DNA of 64,000 nucleotides, from the NCBI GenBank assembly GCA_963745235.1, contig CAVUXE010000048.1:1-64000 (forward strand), in the 5' to 3' direction. Source of the DNA: an uncultured Spirochaetota bacterium (GTDB lineage: Bacteria > Spirochaetota > Spirochaetia > SZUA-6 > Fen-1364). Below, piece by piece: positions 29,094 to 39,585 of the stretch. How positions within the stretch are numbered: position 1 is the stretch's first letter; the number at the start of each line of letters is the position of its first letter. The translations under genes and the position numbers were made by a program. The notes beneath the pieces were generated by a model. That model was not told where the DNA came from, did not search any database, and saw only the letters and a program-made list of their open reading frames with translations.

Positions 29094-30445
29094 ATGCTTG
29101 AGAAACTGAGCGGCAAGCTGGGCGATCTGATCCGGCAGATCGGCGGCAAGGCCCATATATCCGAAAAGAACATCCAGGACGCGATCAACGAGATCAAGAT
29201 CGCCCTCCTCGAGGCGGACGTGAACCTCCGGGTCGTGCGCAGGTTCGTGAACCAGGCCACCGAGGAGGCGCTCGGAGAGAAGGTTCTGCGCTCGGTCACC
29301 CCGGGCCAGCAGTTCGTCAAGATCATCTACGACAGGATGGTCGCGCTCCTGGGCGGAAAGAACCAGGGGCTGGCGCTGAAGGGGCCGGACACGCAGTCGG
29401 TGATCCTCCTGGCCGGGCTCCAGGGCTCGGGAAAGACCACCACGGCGGCCAAGCTTGCGCTGATGCTGAAGGAGCAGGGGCGCAAACCCCTCCTCGTGGC
29501 CGCGGACCTTCTGCGTCCTGCGGCTGTGGAGCAGCTGGCCGTGCTGGCGGAAAACGCCGGTGTGGCGGTTCACCGGGAGGCGGTCACGGACCCCGTGCGC
29601 GTGGTGGAGGGGGCGCTCTCCCGGGCGCGCGCGGGAGCAGTTCGACGTGGTCATCGTGGACACGTCGGGCCGGCTCCAGGTGGACGAGGCCCTGATGGCG
29701 GAGCTGGTGCGGATCCGCGCGGCGGCGGCTCCGGACGAGGTGCTCCTGGTGGCGGACGCCATGACCGGCCAGAACGCCGTGGAAATCGCGCGGGAGTTCG
29801 ATGCGAAGGTCGCGCTCACCGGCGTGATCCTCACGAAGTTCGACTCGGACACGCGCGGCGGCGCGGCGCTTTCCGTGAAGAGCATCACGGGGAAGCCCAT
29901 CAAGTTCGTGGGCGTCAGTGAGAAGCTTGACGGGCTGGAGCCGTTCCATCCCGAGAGGATCGCATCCCGCATCCTGGGCATGGGCGACGTGGTCACCCTG
30001 GTGGAAAAGGCCCAGGAGACCATGGAGGCCGGGGAGGCGGAGCAGCTGCAGGAGAAGCTGGCCTCGGAGACCTTCACGCTGGAGGACATGCTGGACCAGT
30101 ACCGCCGGATGCGCAAGATGGGAAGCCTGCAGTCGATCATGGAGATGATCCCCGGGCTCAAGGGCTCGGGCGCGGAGGAGAAGATCGACGAGAAGGGGAT
30201 GAAGCGGGAGGAGGCCATCATCCTCTCCATGACCCTGCCCGAGCGGCAGGAACTACCGGATCATCGGCCCGGGCAGGCGGGCGCGGATTGCCCGCGGGAG
30301 CGGCACCTCGGTGTTCGAGGTGAACAGGTTCTTGAAAAAATTCGAGAAGACGTGTCTCATGATGAAGAAGATGTCGAGGAGCTCGAAATATCAGGCCCAG
30401 GTGCTGTCGCAGCTCGGCGCCGGGGAAGGAGGAGGACGCCAGTGA
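29094..30445 (+). CDS. ffh: Signal recognition particle protein Ffh (frameshifts near 29630 and 30250)
   Basis: [40 protein letters not shown] found in successive frames. Confidence 0.93.
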
Positions 30446-30718
30446 GCGTGCGCATCAGGCTGAAGAGGTTCGGAACCAAGAAAAGGCCGTTCTACCGGAT
30501 CGTGGTCATGGATTCCCGGACCCCGCGGGACGGGCGCGTGCTGGAGGAGATCGGGCTCTACCATCCCATCGAGAAGCAGGAGAAGCAGGTCGTCCGTCAG
30601 CGCGGAGAAGGTGAAGGACTGGCTGGCCCGCGGAGCCACGCCGTCGAACACGGTCAAGCAGCTCCTGAACCGCAGCGCCAAAGGTAGAACCGCCAGCGCG
30701 CCTGCAGACGCCGTCTAG
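30442..30718 (+). CDS. rpsP: 30S ribosomal protein S16 (frameshift near 30595)
   Basis: [29 protein letters not shown], then [12 protein letters not shown] in the next frame. Confidence 0.92.
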
Positions 30719-30776
30719 GCCGACGCCGCGGACGGCGCCAAGGGAAGCGCCCGCGGACGGCGCAAAGGAGAGATCC

Positions 30777-31010
30777 GTGGAAAAGGATCTTGTCGAATAC
30801 ATCGCGAAGACCCTCGTGGACGACCCGACCGGCGTGGTCGTGAACATGATCGAGGGGGAGAAGTCCACGATCCTCGAGCTGAAGGTGGCGGACAGCGACA
30901 TCGGGAAGGTGATCGGGAAGCACGGCCGCATCGCCAAGGCGGTGCGGACGCTGCTGAGCGCTGCCTCGACGAAGTCGGGCAAGCGGGTGGTGCTCGAGAT
31001 CCTGGACTGA
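30777..31010 (+). CDS. khpA: KH-domain RNA-binding protein KhpA
   Basis: DIGKVIGKHGRIAKAVRTLL; conserved position after rpsP. Confidence 0.9.
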   Translation: MEKDLVEYIAKTLVDDPTGVVVNMIEGEKSTILELKVADSDIGKVIGKHGRIAKAVRTLLSAASTKSGKRVVLEILD

Positions 31011-31042
31011 GGGAGCGTCCGGTGCTGGATGAGGCAGTGATC

Positions 31043-31546
31043 ATGCCCCGGACTTTCTGGCGGTCGGCGTCATCACCGGGACCTACGGCTTCGCGGAGAG
31101 CTCAAGGTGAAGAGCTTCTCGGGTGATCCCGGTGGATTTGCCGGGCTTACGGAAGCGAGGTTTCGAAAGGGGGGGGAGGAGAGGACGCTGCGCATCGAGT
31201 CCGCGCGGCCCCACTCCCTGGGTGTTATGCTGAAGATCGCGGGCGTGGAAGCCCCGAGAAGGCGCGCGGCCTGGTCGGCTACGAGATCTGGGTGCCGCGT
31301 GAGCGCGCCGCCCGCCTCGGTGAGGGGGAGTACTACGCCGCGGACCTCTGCCGGTGCAGCGTCTGGTTCGGGGAGGAGGAGATCGGGGCGGTGCGCTCCG
31401 TCTGGGAAGGCGGAGCTGCCCAGCTCCTGGAGGTCCAGAACGAAGACGGGAAGACCTTCCTGGTCCCCTTCACGGATCATTTCGTCGGGGACGTGGATCT
31501 GGCGGGCGGCAGGATCTGGCTGAAAGAGGACGAGATCGTCAGATGA
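31043..31546 (+). CDS. rimM: Ribosome maturation factor RimM (frameshifted)
   Basis: GELKVKSFSG and GEYYAADL...FLVPF fragments; lies between khpA and trmD. Confidence 0.82.
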
Positions 31547-32292
31547 CGATCACGATCCTCACCCTTTTCCCGGGTCTCTTCGAGGGATTCCTCGAGAGCT
31601 CCATCCTGGCGCGGGCAATCGCGCGAGGGCTCGTGACGGTGAAGCCTGTGGACATTCGGGACTACGCGAAGGACAGGCACCGGGTCTGTGACGACGCCGC
31701 CTACGGCGGCGGGCCGGGAATGGTGATGAAGCCAGAGCCGATCGCCGCGGCCCTGGAGGCAAACGGCGGTCCCGGCCGCAGGGTCGTCTACCTGACCCCC
31801 GCGGGCCGGCTGTACACCCAGGCGCTCGCCGCCGAGCTGGCGCGGGAAGAGGAGCTTGTCCTCCTGTGCGGGAGATACGAAGGGATCGACCAGAGGGTGA
31901 TCGACGCCTTCGTGACGGACGAGATTTCCATCGGTGACTACGTCCTCTCGGGGGGCGAGGTCGCGGCAATGGTCGTGGTGGATTCCGTGGCGCGGCTGGT
32001 CCCGGGCGTGATCACGGGGGATTCGCTGGAGGAGGAGAGCTTCGCCTCCGGGCTTCTCGAGTACCCGCACTACACGCGGCCGGAGGTGTTTCGCGGGGCC
32101 AGCGTGCCGGAGGTCCTCCTGTCGGGGCACCACGAGAAGATCCGCCAGTGGCGGCTCATGAAGAGCATCGAGAAGACGATGAAGCTCCGCCCGGAGCTCC
32201 TGGATTCGGACAGCCTTCCGGTGGAGGCGCGGGAGCTGCTAGGAAAGATCAGGAGAGAAGGAGACGAACATGGACGTAATGAAGGCGCTTGA
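31543..32292 (+). CDS. trmD: tRNA (guanine37-N1)-methyltransferase
   Basis: [45 protein letters not shown]. Confidence 0.95.
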   Translation: MTITILTLFPGLFEGFLESSILARAIARGLVTVKPVDIRDYAKDRHRVCDDAAYGGGPGMVMKPEPIAAALEANGGPGRRVVYLTPAGRLYTQALAAELAREEELVLLCGRYEGIDQRVIDAFVTDEISIGDYVLSGGEVAAMVVVDSVARLVPGVITGDSLEEESFASGLLEYPHYTRPEVFRGASVPEVLLSGHHEKIRQWRLMKSIEKTMKLRPELLDSDSLPVEARELLGKIRREGDEHGRNEGA

Positions 32293-32687
32293 AGCGGAGC
32301 AGATGAAGGAGAACGCGGAGGAGTTCCGCATCGGGGATACGGTGAAGGTTCACTACAAGATCATCGAGGGAAAGACCGAGCGCGTGCAGGTCTTCGAAGG
32401 AATCGTCATCGCGATGAAGCGTGACGGGCTTCGAAAGACCTTCACCGTGCGCAAGATCAGCTACGGCGTCGGCGTGGAGAGGATCTTCCCCCTGCATTCC
32501 CCGAAGATCGCAAAGATCGTCCGCGTGCGGGAAGGGAACATGCGGCGCGCAAAGCTGTACTACCTGCGCGGCAGGTACGGCAAGGCTGCGAAGGTCGCAG
32601 GAGCTCATCCATCGCAAGCGGGAGAAGGTGCCGGAGACCGGGACTGCGGAGCAGCCCGACGCGCCGCAACCCGGAGAAAAGGCCTGA
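32270..32687 (+). CDS. rplS: 50S ribosomal protein L19 (C-terminal frameshift)
   Basis: [35 protein letters not shown]. Confidence 0.93.
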
Positions 32688-32712
32688 CGAGGAGCGCTGG
32701 CTCCCCCTCCCC

Positions 32713-33721
32713 GTGAGCGGGCCTTTTGTTACGCCGGGCGCCGCCGACGGCGCCATGCAGCTTTCCCTCCGGCCGGGGCTTCGCCTCCGGCCCGGAGAGA
32801 CCATCATGCTCACCGTCATCAAGCGGCTGGACGTCGACAAGTGGGCGGTCGGAATAGGCGGGCGCGTGTACCCTGCATATTCGCGGATCATGCTCGAAGC
32901 CGGCTCCGTTCTGAAAGCGCGGGTGAGCTCGTCGAGCCGGCTATCTGCTGCTCTCCCTGTCTGAACAGCCCCCGGATCCCATCAGCGCTGCCCTCGGCCG
33001 ACACGGCATACCGGGCGGTGCCGCATCAGAGGTGATTGCGCGCGCCTTCCTTCTGAGCGGCCTTCCCATCCGGGCGGAGACCATCGAAAAGGCAAGAGTG
33101 CTCCTCTCCCGGCTCAAGCTCGCCCCGCACAAGGGGGCGCGGTTGATCGCAACACTGATGGACAAGGGAATCGATCCCGGGAGCCGCGGCATTGACGCCC
33201 TCCTGGGAATGCTTTCCTTCGGTGAGCGCGGGGGAGGAGATCCCCGGCGATACCGCGGGAAGCCGATGCCCTCAACGGGAGAGGCTGTCAAGGAGTTTGC
33301 CGCCGGGCTCGCCGTGGGCGCGCCCGAGGCGCCGGACGCGATCCAGGCGTTCAACCACCGCCGGGGCCGGGCGCAGACGTGGGTGGTGGTGCCTTTCGTC
33401 TTCGACGCGGAGCGCGAGCGAATGGCCGGGACCATCAAGATCCTGTATGACCCCTTCCGCGCGCGCCCTCTCAAGCTTGCCCTCACCGTGAATGGCTTTT
33501 CTTTCTCCCTGCCCCTGGAGGGGAAGCGCCGGAAGCTCTCCGTATTCTGTGACGAGCCGTCCCTGCGCGTCTCTGCACAGCGGGGACTGGACATGCTACG
33601 GGCAAAATTCCATAACATGGGAATGGAAGTTGACGATACTATACTTGGAGGGGAAGCCTTTGACGGATTCTCCCCCGTCGCGGAGGGATCTTCCTTCCCG
33701 ATCATTGACGTTGCGGGGTGA
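32713..33721 (+). CDS. Conserved spirochete hypothetical protein (probably one gene split near 32940)
   Basis: Two consecutive coding frames between rplS and the FlhB-like gene. Confidence 0.55.
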
Positions 33722-33724
33722 TTC

Positions 33725-33988
33725 GTGACGGGGCACGAGGACAGGGCGGTAGCCATCCACTACACGGAGGAGCTCCCGGCGCCCATTATCCTCGCCTCGG
33801 GGAGGGGACGCATGGCGGAGGCCATCGTGCGCATTGCGCGTGAGAGCGGGGTCACCCTTGTCGCGGATCCCGACCTGGCGGACGCCCTGATCCCGCTGGA
33901 CGTCAACTCCCTCATCCCTGAGACCCTGTACGAAGTGATCGCAGCGCTTCTCGTTTTTGTGCGAGGGCTGAAAGCAGAAAGAAAATGA
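33725..33988 (+). CDS. FlhB C-terminal-like (EscU/YscU/HrcU family) protein
   Basis: AVAIHY, APIILASGRG, IPETLYEVIA. Confidence 0.85.
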   Translation: MTGHEDRAVAIHYTEELPAPIILASGRGRMAEAIVRIARESGVTLVADPDLADALIPLDVNSLIPETLYEVIAALLVFVRGLKAERK

Positions 33989-35157
33989 AGAGCATCCGCA
34001 CCAGCGAGCTTCGAGACGGGATGATGTTCGACAAACCCGTCTACATGGACGGGGAGAACGTCTTCGTTCCTCCCGGTGTTCCCATCCGGCAGAAGGACAT
34101 CGACAGGCTCACGCGCTGGGACATCGGCGAAGTGCGGACCGACGGGTCCCCCATAACGGAAGAGCAGAAGAAAGAGGCGGAGAAACAGAGTGACGCGACC
34201 CTCCTCCGTGATCTTCCCACCGAGAAGAAGAACCTTGATGCCTACCTGCGCGCAATCGACGAATACGAGCACATCTCGAACAGCGTGGCGCAAGGGGAAG
34301 CAATCGACAGGGCGCGCATCGACTCCGTGGTGAACCTCCTCCTGGAGCGGATCAAGGAAGGCAAGAACGAGATGATCCAGCTCATCCTGATTGCGGGAAA
34401 GATCGAGCGCAAGATTGCCGCTGGCGTGATCAACGTCACCATCCTTTCCACCATCATGGGGATGGTCCTGAAGTTCACCAGCCATCGCCTCATCCAGCTT
34501 GCCACCGGCGCTCTTCTGCACGACATCGGAATGGTGAAGGTCCCCAAGACGATACTGCAGAAAAAGGAAAAGCTCACCCCGGAAGAGCTGAACCAGATCC
34601 GCACGCATCCCATCCATTCCTACCGCGTCATCTCCAAGGAGCTGAAGTACCCGGAAGAGATCGGCGTCATTGCCCTTCAGCATCACGAGAGATGGGACGG
34701 GCAGGGCTACCCGCGCAAGCTGCACGGGGAAGACATCAACATTTTCGCGCGCATCGTTGCCGTGGCGGACTCCTACATGGCAATGATCAACAATCGGCCC
34801 CATCGGAACTCGATGATCGGCTACAGCGCCATGAAGAACGTTCTGAGCGACAACGGCAGGCATTTCGACCCCAAGATCCTCAAGGTTTTCCTGGAAAGCA
34901 TGGGGATCTACCCCATTGGCAGCATCGTGCAGCTGAACAACTCGGCCATCGGCCGGGTGGTGGAGACGCACACGGAAGCTCCCCTGCGGCCCGTGGTCGA
35001 GCTGATCATCGACGAGTACGGGAACACGCTCGGCGAGCGCGAGGTCGTCGACCTGCTCGAAAAGAAGGGCGTGTTCATCGTCAAGGCAGTGGATCCGAAG
35101 TCCCTGGCCCCGGCGCCGGGCGGCCCGGCGCAGGATGCCCGCGCGGCCGGCTCGTGA
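33985..35157 (+). CDS. HD-GYP domain protein (c-di-GMP phosphodiesterase)
   Basis: ALLHDIG, HHERWDGQGYP, ARIVAVAD. Confidence 0.9.
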   Translation: MKSIRTSELRDGMMFDKPVYMDGENVFVPPGVPIRQKDIDRLTRWDIGEVRTDGSPITEEQKKEAEKQSDATLLRDLPTEKKNLDAYLRAIDEYEHISNSVAQGEAIDRARIDSVVNLLLERIKEGKNEMIQLILIAGKIERKIAAGVINVTILSTIMGMVLKFTSHRLIQLATGALLHDIGMVKVPKTILQKKEKLTPEELNQIRTHPIHSYRVISKELKYPEEIGVIALQHHERWDGQGYPRKLHGEDINIFARIVAVADSYMAMINNRPHRNSMIGYSAMKNVLSDNGRHFDPKILKVFLESMGIYPIGSIVQLNNSAIGRVVETHTEAPLRPVVELIIDEYGNTLGEREVVDLLEKKGVFIVKAVDPKSLAPAPGGPAQDARAAGS

Positions 35158-35550
35158 GCATTGGCGTGGGAGGCCGAACGGTGCGGGTACAGTCGCGGAG
35201 GAAGGGAACGGCGGGAGAAGAGCGCGCCGTCGCATGGCTCCGTTCACAGGGGTGGACAATCAGGGAACGCAACTTCCGCACCCGTCGCGGGGAGATCGAC
35301 GTCATTGCGGAAAAAGGCTCCACGGTCGCTTTTGTCGAGGTCAAGGCATGGGAATCGCTGCCGCAGAGTGAGCTGGAGTACGCCCTTTCCGCCCGAAAGC
35401 AGTGGCGGATCGCGCAGGCGGCTCGGTTCTACCTGGCTTTGCACCCCGGGGTGACTGGGAGACAGATGCGCTTCGACGTGATATTCCTGGGGGCGGGAAA
35501 TGAATCGGATCCGCCACATCGAAGGGGCGTTCAATGGAGGGGTCGACTGA
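35154..35550 (+). CDS. YraN family protein (UPF0102), frameshift near 35500
   Basis: GEERAVAWL, RNFRTRRGEIDVIA, FVEVK, RFDVI, then RHIEGAF in another frame. Confidence 0.85.
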
Positions 35551-35687
35551 TGGTGCGGACTGCAAAGAAGACCGATCCCCAGAAGATCGCTGAGCTGAAG
35601 GTGAAGATCCACGACGAGGAATACCTCCTGCAGGCCATCCAGAAGATCGCGCAGGATCTCACGAAGAATCTCGAGCACGGAGAATAG
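35550..35687 (+). CDS. Small 45-aa protein with FlgM-like C-terminal helix
   Basis: MVRTAKKTDPQKIAELKVKIHDEEYLLQAIQKIAQDLTKNLEHGE; GGAGG RBS; TGATG coupling. Confidence 0.6.
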   Translation: MVRTAKKTDPQKIAELKVKIHDEEYLLQAIQKIAQDLTKNLEHGE

Positions 35688-35690
35688 CGG

Positions 35691-36245
35691 ATGAGCTCCC
35701 GAAGCTTTCGTCGGCGAAACAACAGGCGCAAGCACAACAGGCCCGCGGCGGGGACGGATAGTCGCGCGCCTGCCCAGCAGGGACCGGCGGCCAGGACCCG
35801 CAGAAGGAACCAGGGCAGCGCAGCAACCAGGGCCGGGGGCCGAGGCGGGAGAACCAGCGGCAAGGGCAGCCCGCGAAGAAATCCTTCCGGCGGGAGGCGC
35901 TCACCACCCGACAGGGCAAGGGACGCGGCCGGCCATGTCCAGTTCCCGGAGCCTCCCCGCGTGTATCCCGACTGTCCTGTTTGCCAGCAGCAGGTCAGGG
36001 AGCTCCCCTCCGCCTTGACGCACCGGGCAACAGGTCAGCCCGCGCACTTCGACTGCATCATGCGAGAGCTGCGGGATTCCAACGAGCTTCTGCCGCAGGA
36101 AAGGATCTGCTACCTGGGCGGCGGGACCTTTGGGATAATCGAGCTGCGGCCGGGACCCGGAAAGTTTGTCATCAAGAGACGAATCCCGTACGAGGAAAAG
36201 GAAGCCGTCCAGGAGTGGAAGAAACCTCTCCTGATCCTGCTCTGA
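35691..36245 (+). CDS. Hypothetical protein with basic disordered N-terminus and CxxC/HxxC motif
   Basis: CPVC...AHFDC, YLGGGTFG. Confidence 0.65.
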   Translation: MSSRSFRRRNNRRKHNRPAAGTDSRAPAQQGPAARTRRRNQGSAATRAGGRGGRTSGKGSPRRNPSGGRRSPPDRARDAAGHVQFPEPPRVYPDCPVCQQQVRELPSALTHRATGQPAHFDCIMRELRDSNELLPQERICYLGGGTFGIIELRPGPGKFVIKRRIPYEEKEAVQEWKKPLLILL

Positions 36246-36260
36246 AGCCCCGAGAGAGAG

Positions 36261-37053
36261 CTACTTCGAAGATTTCAGCTCGTCCAGAACCTGCAGCGCC
36301 TTCGCCTTGACGGTGCGCAGGTAGTTGCCCTGGGCAATCTTCACCAGAAGCCGATACGCCTCCGGGTCCTTGAGTCCCCCCGGGGTTTTCTGCGCGAGCT
36401 TTTCGATGGCAAGGCTGACGGCGTAGCCGAAGTTCTGGTCAGGAGACTGGGGATCCTCCATATTGTAGGCGAACTCGATTGCCTGTACGACCTCGTTGTT
36501 GGGATTCATCCCGAGGTTTCCCAACGCGTACGCCGCCTCCGCCTTGACAATGGGTTCGTCATCTATCAGGAGCACGCGCACGAGGGCGTTCTTGGATTCT
36601 TCTGTCCCAACGCGGCCAAGAAGGTTTGCGGCGCGCCGACGGACCTCGGGGAAATTGTTGATCTGGTGACCACTTTCCCGTGAGATCCTTCCCGGAGCCT
36701 TCCATTGCCAGGTACTCGAGGACGAACTCCACCTGCGAGGCGTCCGCGCCGCTGACGCCGGAATTGATTCTCTTTTCCAGGTCGTCCAGGGCGCTCAACT
36801 TGATCTCCAGGTCATCCGAGGCTGCCTTCTCTCTCAGGATCTGGAACTCGATGCTCTTGAGGAACAGTTCCTCGATGGTGATCTCCTTGGATCCGCTCTG
36901 TGTGCCTGACGGGGAGCCCGCCTGCGCGCCGGTCTGGCCCTGGGTGGTGTCCTGTGCGGAGAGGAAAAGGACAGGAACGAGGAAGAAAGCAAACGCCAGG
37001 ACGGTCAGTACTGTCTTTCTCGCGGTGCACCGCGCGTTATAGGCTTCTCTCAT
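36261..37053 (-). CDS. Exported HEAT-repeat protein (frameshift near 36680)
   Basis: Signal peptide; VRRRAANLLGRV and VKAEAAYALG repeats across two frames. Confidence 0.7.
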
Positions 37054-37074
37054 GTGTGCTCCTGTTCCTTTCTT

Positions 37075-37605
37075 TCAGTCCTGATCCTTCGGCCATATGT
37101 CCACCTTCCAGCGCCCGTCCTCCCGTACGAGATAATACAGAATCACGGGCCGGCCATCAACGATGGTCAACGCCTTGACGTGCGTTTCGTCAAGGAAGTT
37201 GATGTCCGTCAGCGATGCCTGGACGCGACTGCGCACGACCACATTTTCGAAATAATCCTTCAGGGTCCTCAGGACGATCCCGCTCTTTTGCAGCACGCCG
37301 CTGTGGGAGGCCACGTCAAGAAACTTCGGGTCACTGGTTCTGGCGATGTAGGCGCTGGTGAGATAGGACCGCCACCCCTCGTAGTCCTGCGCGTTGATGA
37401 GCGACGTCAAGTCCGCTATCACCACCTTCACTTCGTCGAACGTCCTGTTGTAGAGCTCCGGCGTCACGACGAACTCCTGCTGCAACCCCGGGGAGTCCTG
37501 CGCCGGGGAGGAATCAGGGGACTTCGTCTGCGATGCGCATGCGAACAACGACATCACGGCGGCCACGGGAATGCAGATCCTCCACACCGGGCTCATTACC
37601 AACAA
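37075..37605 (-). CDS. Hypothetical lipoprotein
   Basis: Lipobox SLFAC; C-terminal LVREDGRWKV. Confidence 0.65.
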   Translation of the reverse strand: MLVMSPVWRICIPVAAVMSLFACASQTKSPDSSPAQDSPGLQQEFVVTPELYNRTFDEVKVVIADLTSLINAQDYEGWRSYLTSAYIARTSDPKFLDVASHSGVLQKSGIVLRTLKDYFENVVVRSRVQASLTDINFLDETHVKALTIVDGRPVILYYLVREDGRWKVDIWPKDQD

Positions 37606-37662
37606 TTCTATATGCCGGCATACCGCTTGTCAAAGATTTTTGGGGCCGGTATTCTCGACGGT

Positions 37663-38238
37663 ATGTTCAAGGTGCTGCTCCCGGGAACTTTCGACCCTCC
37701 GACGAACGGCCACCTCAACATCCTCCGCCGGGCGTCGCGGCTTTTCGACGCGGTCCAGGTGGTCATAGCCGTCAACCCCGAAAAAGTCTACCTTTTCAGC
37801 GCGGAGGAGCGGCTCGGAATGATGAGCGCGCTGGCGCAGGACCTGCCGAACGTCACGGTCTCCACCTGGAACGGCCTGATCGTGGACTTTGCGGACCGGA
37901 TCGGCGTTCACGTGATCGTGCGCGGCGTGCGCGCGCTGGCGGATTTCGACTACGAGTTCGAGCTTTCCGTCATGAACAGGTCCCTCAATCCGAGAATCGA
38001 AACGATTTTCCTGCCGACTGACCAGAAGTACTCCGTGATCCGCTCGTCGGCAATCAAGGAAATCGCCGGCTTCGGCGGGGACATCTCCGGGATGGTGCCG
38101 CCCCACGTCGCAAAAGCGCTGCAGGAGAAGCTCGCACCCCGCGCAACGCGAGCAGACTCTGACGCCTTGACATTCGAGGGGGTTAGTGTAGCTTTCCGTG
38201 CAGTCACGGCGGCCCGTGACTCATCACAACATAATTGA
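37663..38238 (+). CDS. coaD: Phosphopantetheine adenylyltransferase
   Basis: PGTFDPPTNGH, RGVRALADFDYE, SSAIKE; 3' end uncertain. Confidence 0.92.
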   Translation: MFKVLLPGTFDPPTNGHLNILRRASRLFDAVQVVIAVNPEKVYLFSAEERLGMMSALAQDLPNVTVSTWNGLIVDFADRIGVHVIVRGVRALADFDYEFELSVMNRSLNPRIETIFLPTDQKYSVIRSSAIKEIAGFGGDISGMVPPHVAKALQEKLAPRATRADSDALTFEGVSVAFRAVTAARDSSQHN

Positions 38239-38248
38239 GGTGACGAAT

Positions 38249-38437
38249 ATGGCTTTGCCGAAAAGAAGAATATCGAGGGCAAGGGGACGCAAGCGCCGCT
38301 CGGCGAACATGCGTCTTGCGGTCCCGACGCTCGTGGAATGCAGCAACTGCGGAAACAGGGTCATGCCGCACCGGGTCTGCCCCAAATGCGGGTTCTACAG
38401 GGGAAAGCAGATCCTCAAGCCCGAGGAAATGGCGTGA
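38249..38437 (+). CDS. rpmF: 50S ribosomal protein L32 (zinc-binding form)
   Basis: MALPKRR, CSNC...PHRVCPKCGFY. Confidence 0.93.
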   Translation: MALPKRRISRARGRKRRSANMRLAVPTLVECSNCGNRVMPHRVCPKCGFYRGKQILKPEEMA

Positions 38438-38506
38438 TCGTCAGAGCATCCAGAGAACACCCCCTCGCGCATTGATTCACATCATTTCAACAGGAGGTTG
38501 AACTGT

Positions 38507-38746
38507 ATGGACGAGCTGTTTGAAAAAATGAAGAAACTCATCGCCGACCGGCTTGAGATCGACGAATCCAAGATCACCCTCGATTCATCCTTCCGCCAGG
38601 ACCTCGGGGCGGACAGCCTGGACACGTACGAGCTCGTGTACGCCATCGAGGAAGAGCTCGGCATCAGCATCCCGGATGAAAAGGCGAACGAGTTCGAGAC
38701 CGTGCGAGACGCTCTGGAATACATCCGCTCCCAGGTGAAGAAATAG
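38507..38746 (+). CDS. acpP: Housekeeping acyl carrier protein
   Basis: DLGADSLDTYELV; between rpmF and rnc. Confidence 0.93.
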   Translation: MDELFEKMKKLIADRLEIDESKITLDSSFRQDLGADSLDTYELVYAIEEELGISIPDEKANEFETVRDALEYIRSQVKK

Positions 38747-38753
38747 GAAGGTT

Positions 38754-39569
38754 TTGTTCAAGAGAAACAGACGAGCGCCGGCCATTACGCTGAAGCCGGA
38801 GAGAAAGAAGGAGCTCCAGCTCTTCGAACGGCATGCGGGAATCCGTTTCCGGGAGCTGGAGTTCCTCAACCAGGCATTCACGCACCGTTCTTTCGCCAAC
38901 GAGCTGGGTGAGACGGGCGAGAACAACGAGCGGCTGGAGTTCCTCGGGGACTCCGTGCTCGGCCTCGTCGTGAGCGAATACCTCTACGAAACCCTCCCCG
39001 ACCAGCCGGAAGGGGAGCTTGCCCGGATCAAGAGCTTCGTCGTGAGCGAGGCGAGCCTTTCGGAGATCGCCCGCGGCCTGCGCGTGGACAACTACATCCT
39101 CATCGGCAAGGGGGAAGAGTACTCCGGGGGCAGGTCCAAGAAGGCCATCCTTGCGGACTGCCTGGAAGCCATCATCGGCGCGTACTACCTGGACTCGGGA
39201 TTCCAGCCCTCCGGCCGCTTCGTCCACCAGATGCTCATCCCGGAAATCAACAAGGTGCTGGAGAACCGGCACGCCAAGGACTACAAGACCCTCCTGCAAG
39301 AGTACGTGCAGAAGCGGATGAAGACCTATCCGAAGTACCGGGTCGTGCAGAAGACGGGGCCGGACCACGACAAGACATTCTGGATCGAAGTGCACGTCGG
39401 GAGACCGGTCCTTCGGCGCGGGCAAGGGCAAGAACAAGAAGGAAGCCGAGCAGGAAGCGGCGCGCATCGCCTACGAGGGGATGCACGTGGCCGCAGAGCC
39501 CGGCACGTCCGGGGCGCTCACCGTCTGCGCCGTCCCGCGGCAGAGCGGACACCCGGGACCGGCGCGTAA
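38754..39569 (+). CDS. rnc: Ribonuclease III (frameshift near 39400; 3' end uncertain)
   Basis: NERLEFLGDSVL, ADCLEAIIGA, dsRBD DYKTLLQE and GKNKKEAEQ. Confidence 0.92.
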   Translation: MFKRNRRAPAITLKPERKKELQLFERHAGIRFRELEFLNQAFTHRSFANELGETGENNERLEFLGDSVLGLVVSEYLYETLPDQPEGELARIKSFVVSEASLSEIARGLRVDNYILIGKGEEYSGGRSKKAILADCLEAIIGAYYLDSGFQPSGRFVHQMLIPEINKVLENRHAKDYKTLLQEYVQKRMKTYPKYRVVQKTGPDHDKTFWIEVHVGRPVLRRGQGQEQEGSRAGSGAHRLRGDARGRRARHVRGAHRLRRPAAERTPGTGA

Positions 39570-39585
39570 GGAGGGGAGGCGCCGC

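Noticed and set aside
29094-32687. Programmed frameshifting or genome decay in ribosomal/SRP genes
   Set aside because: Many independent indels in essential genes are better explained by long-read errors.
34692-35687. 331-aa fusion ORF containing YraN
   Set aside because: It is an artefact of an alternative frame over the HD-GYP gene plus a frameshift joining yraN to the downstream small ORF.
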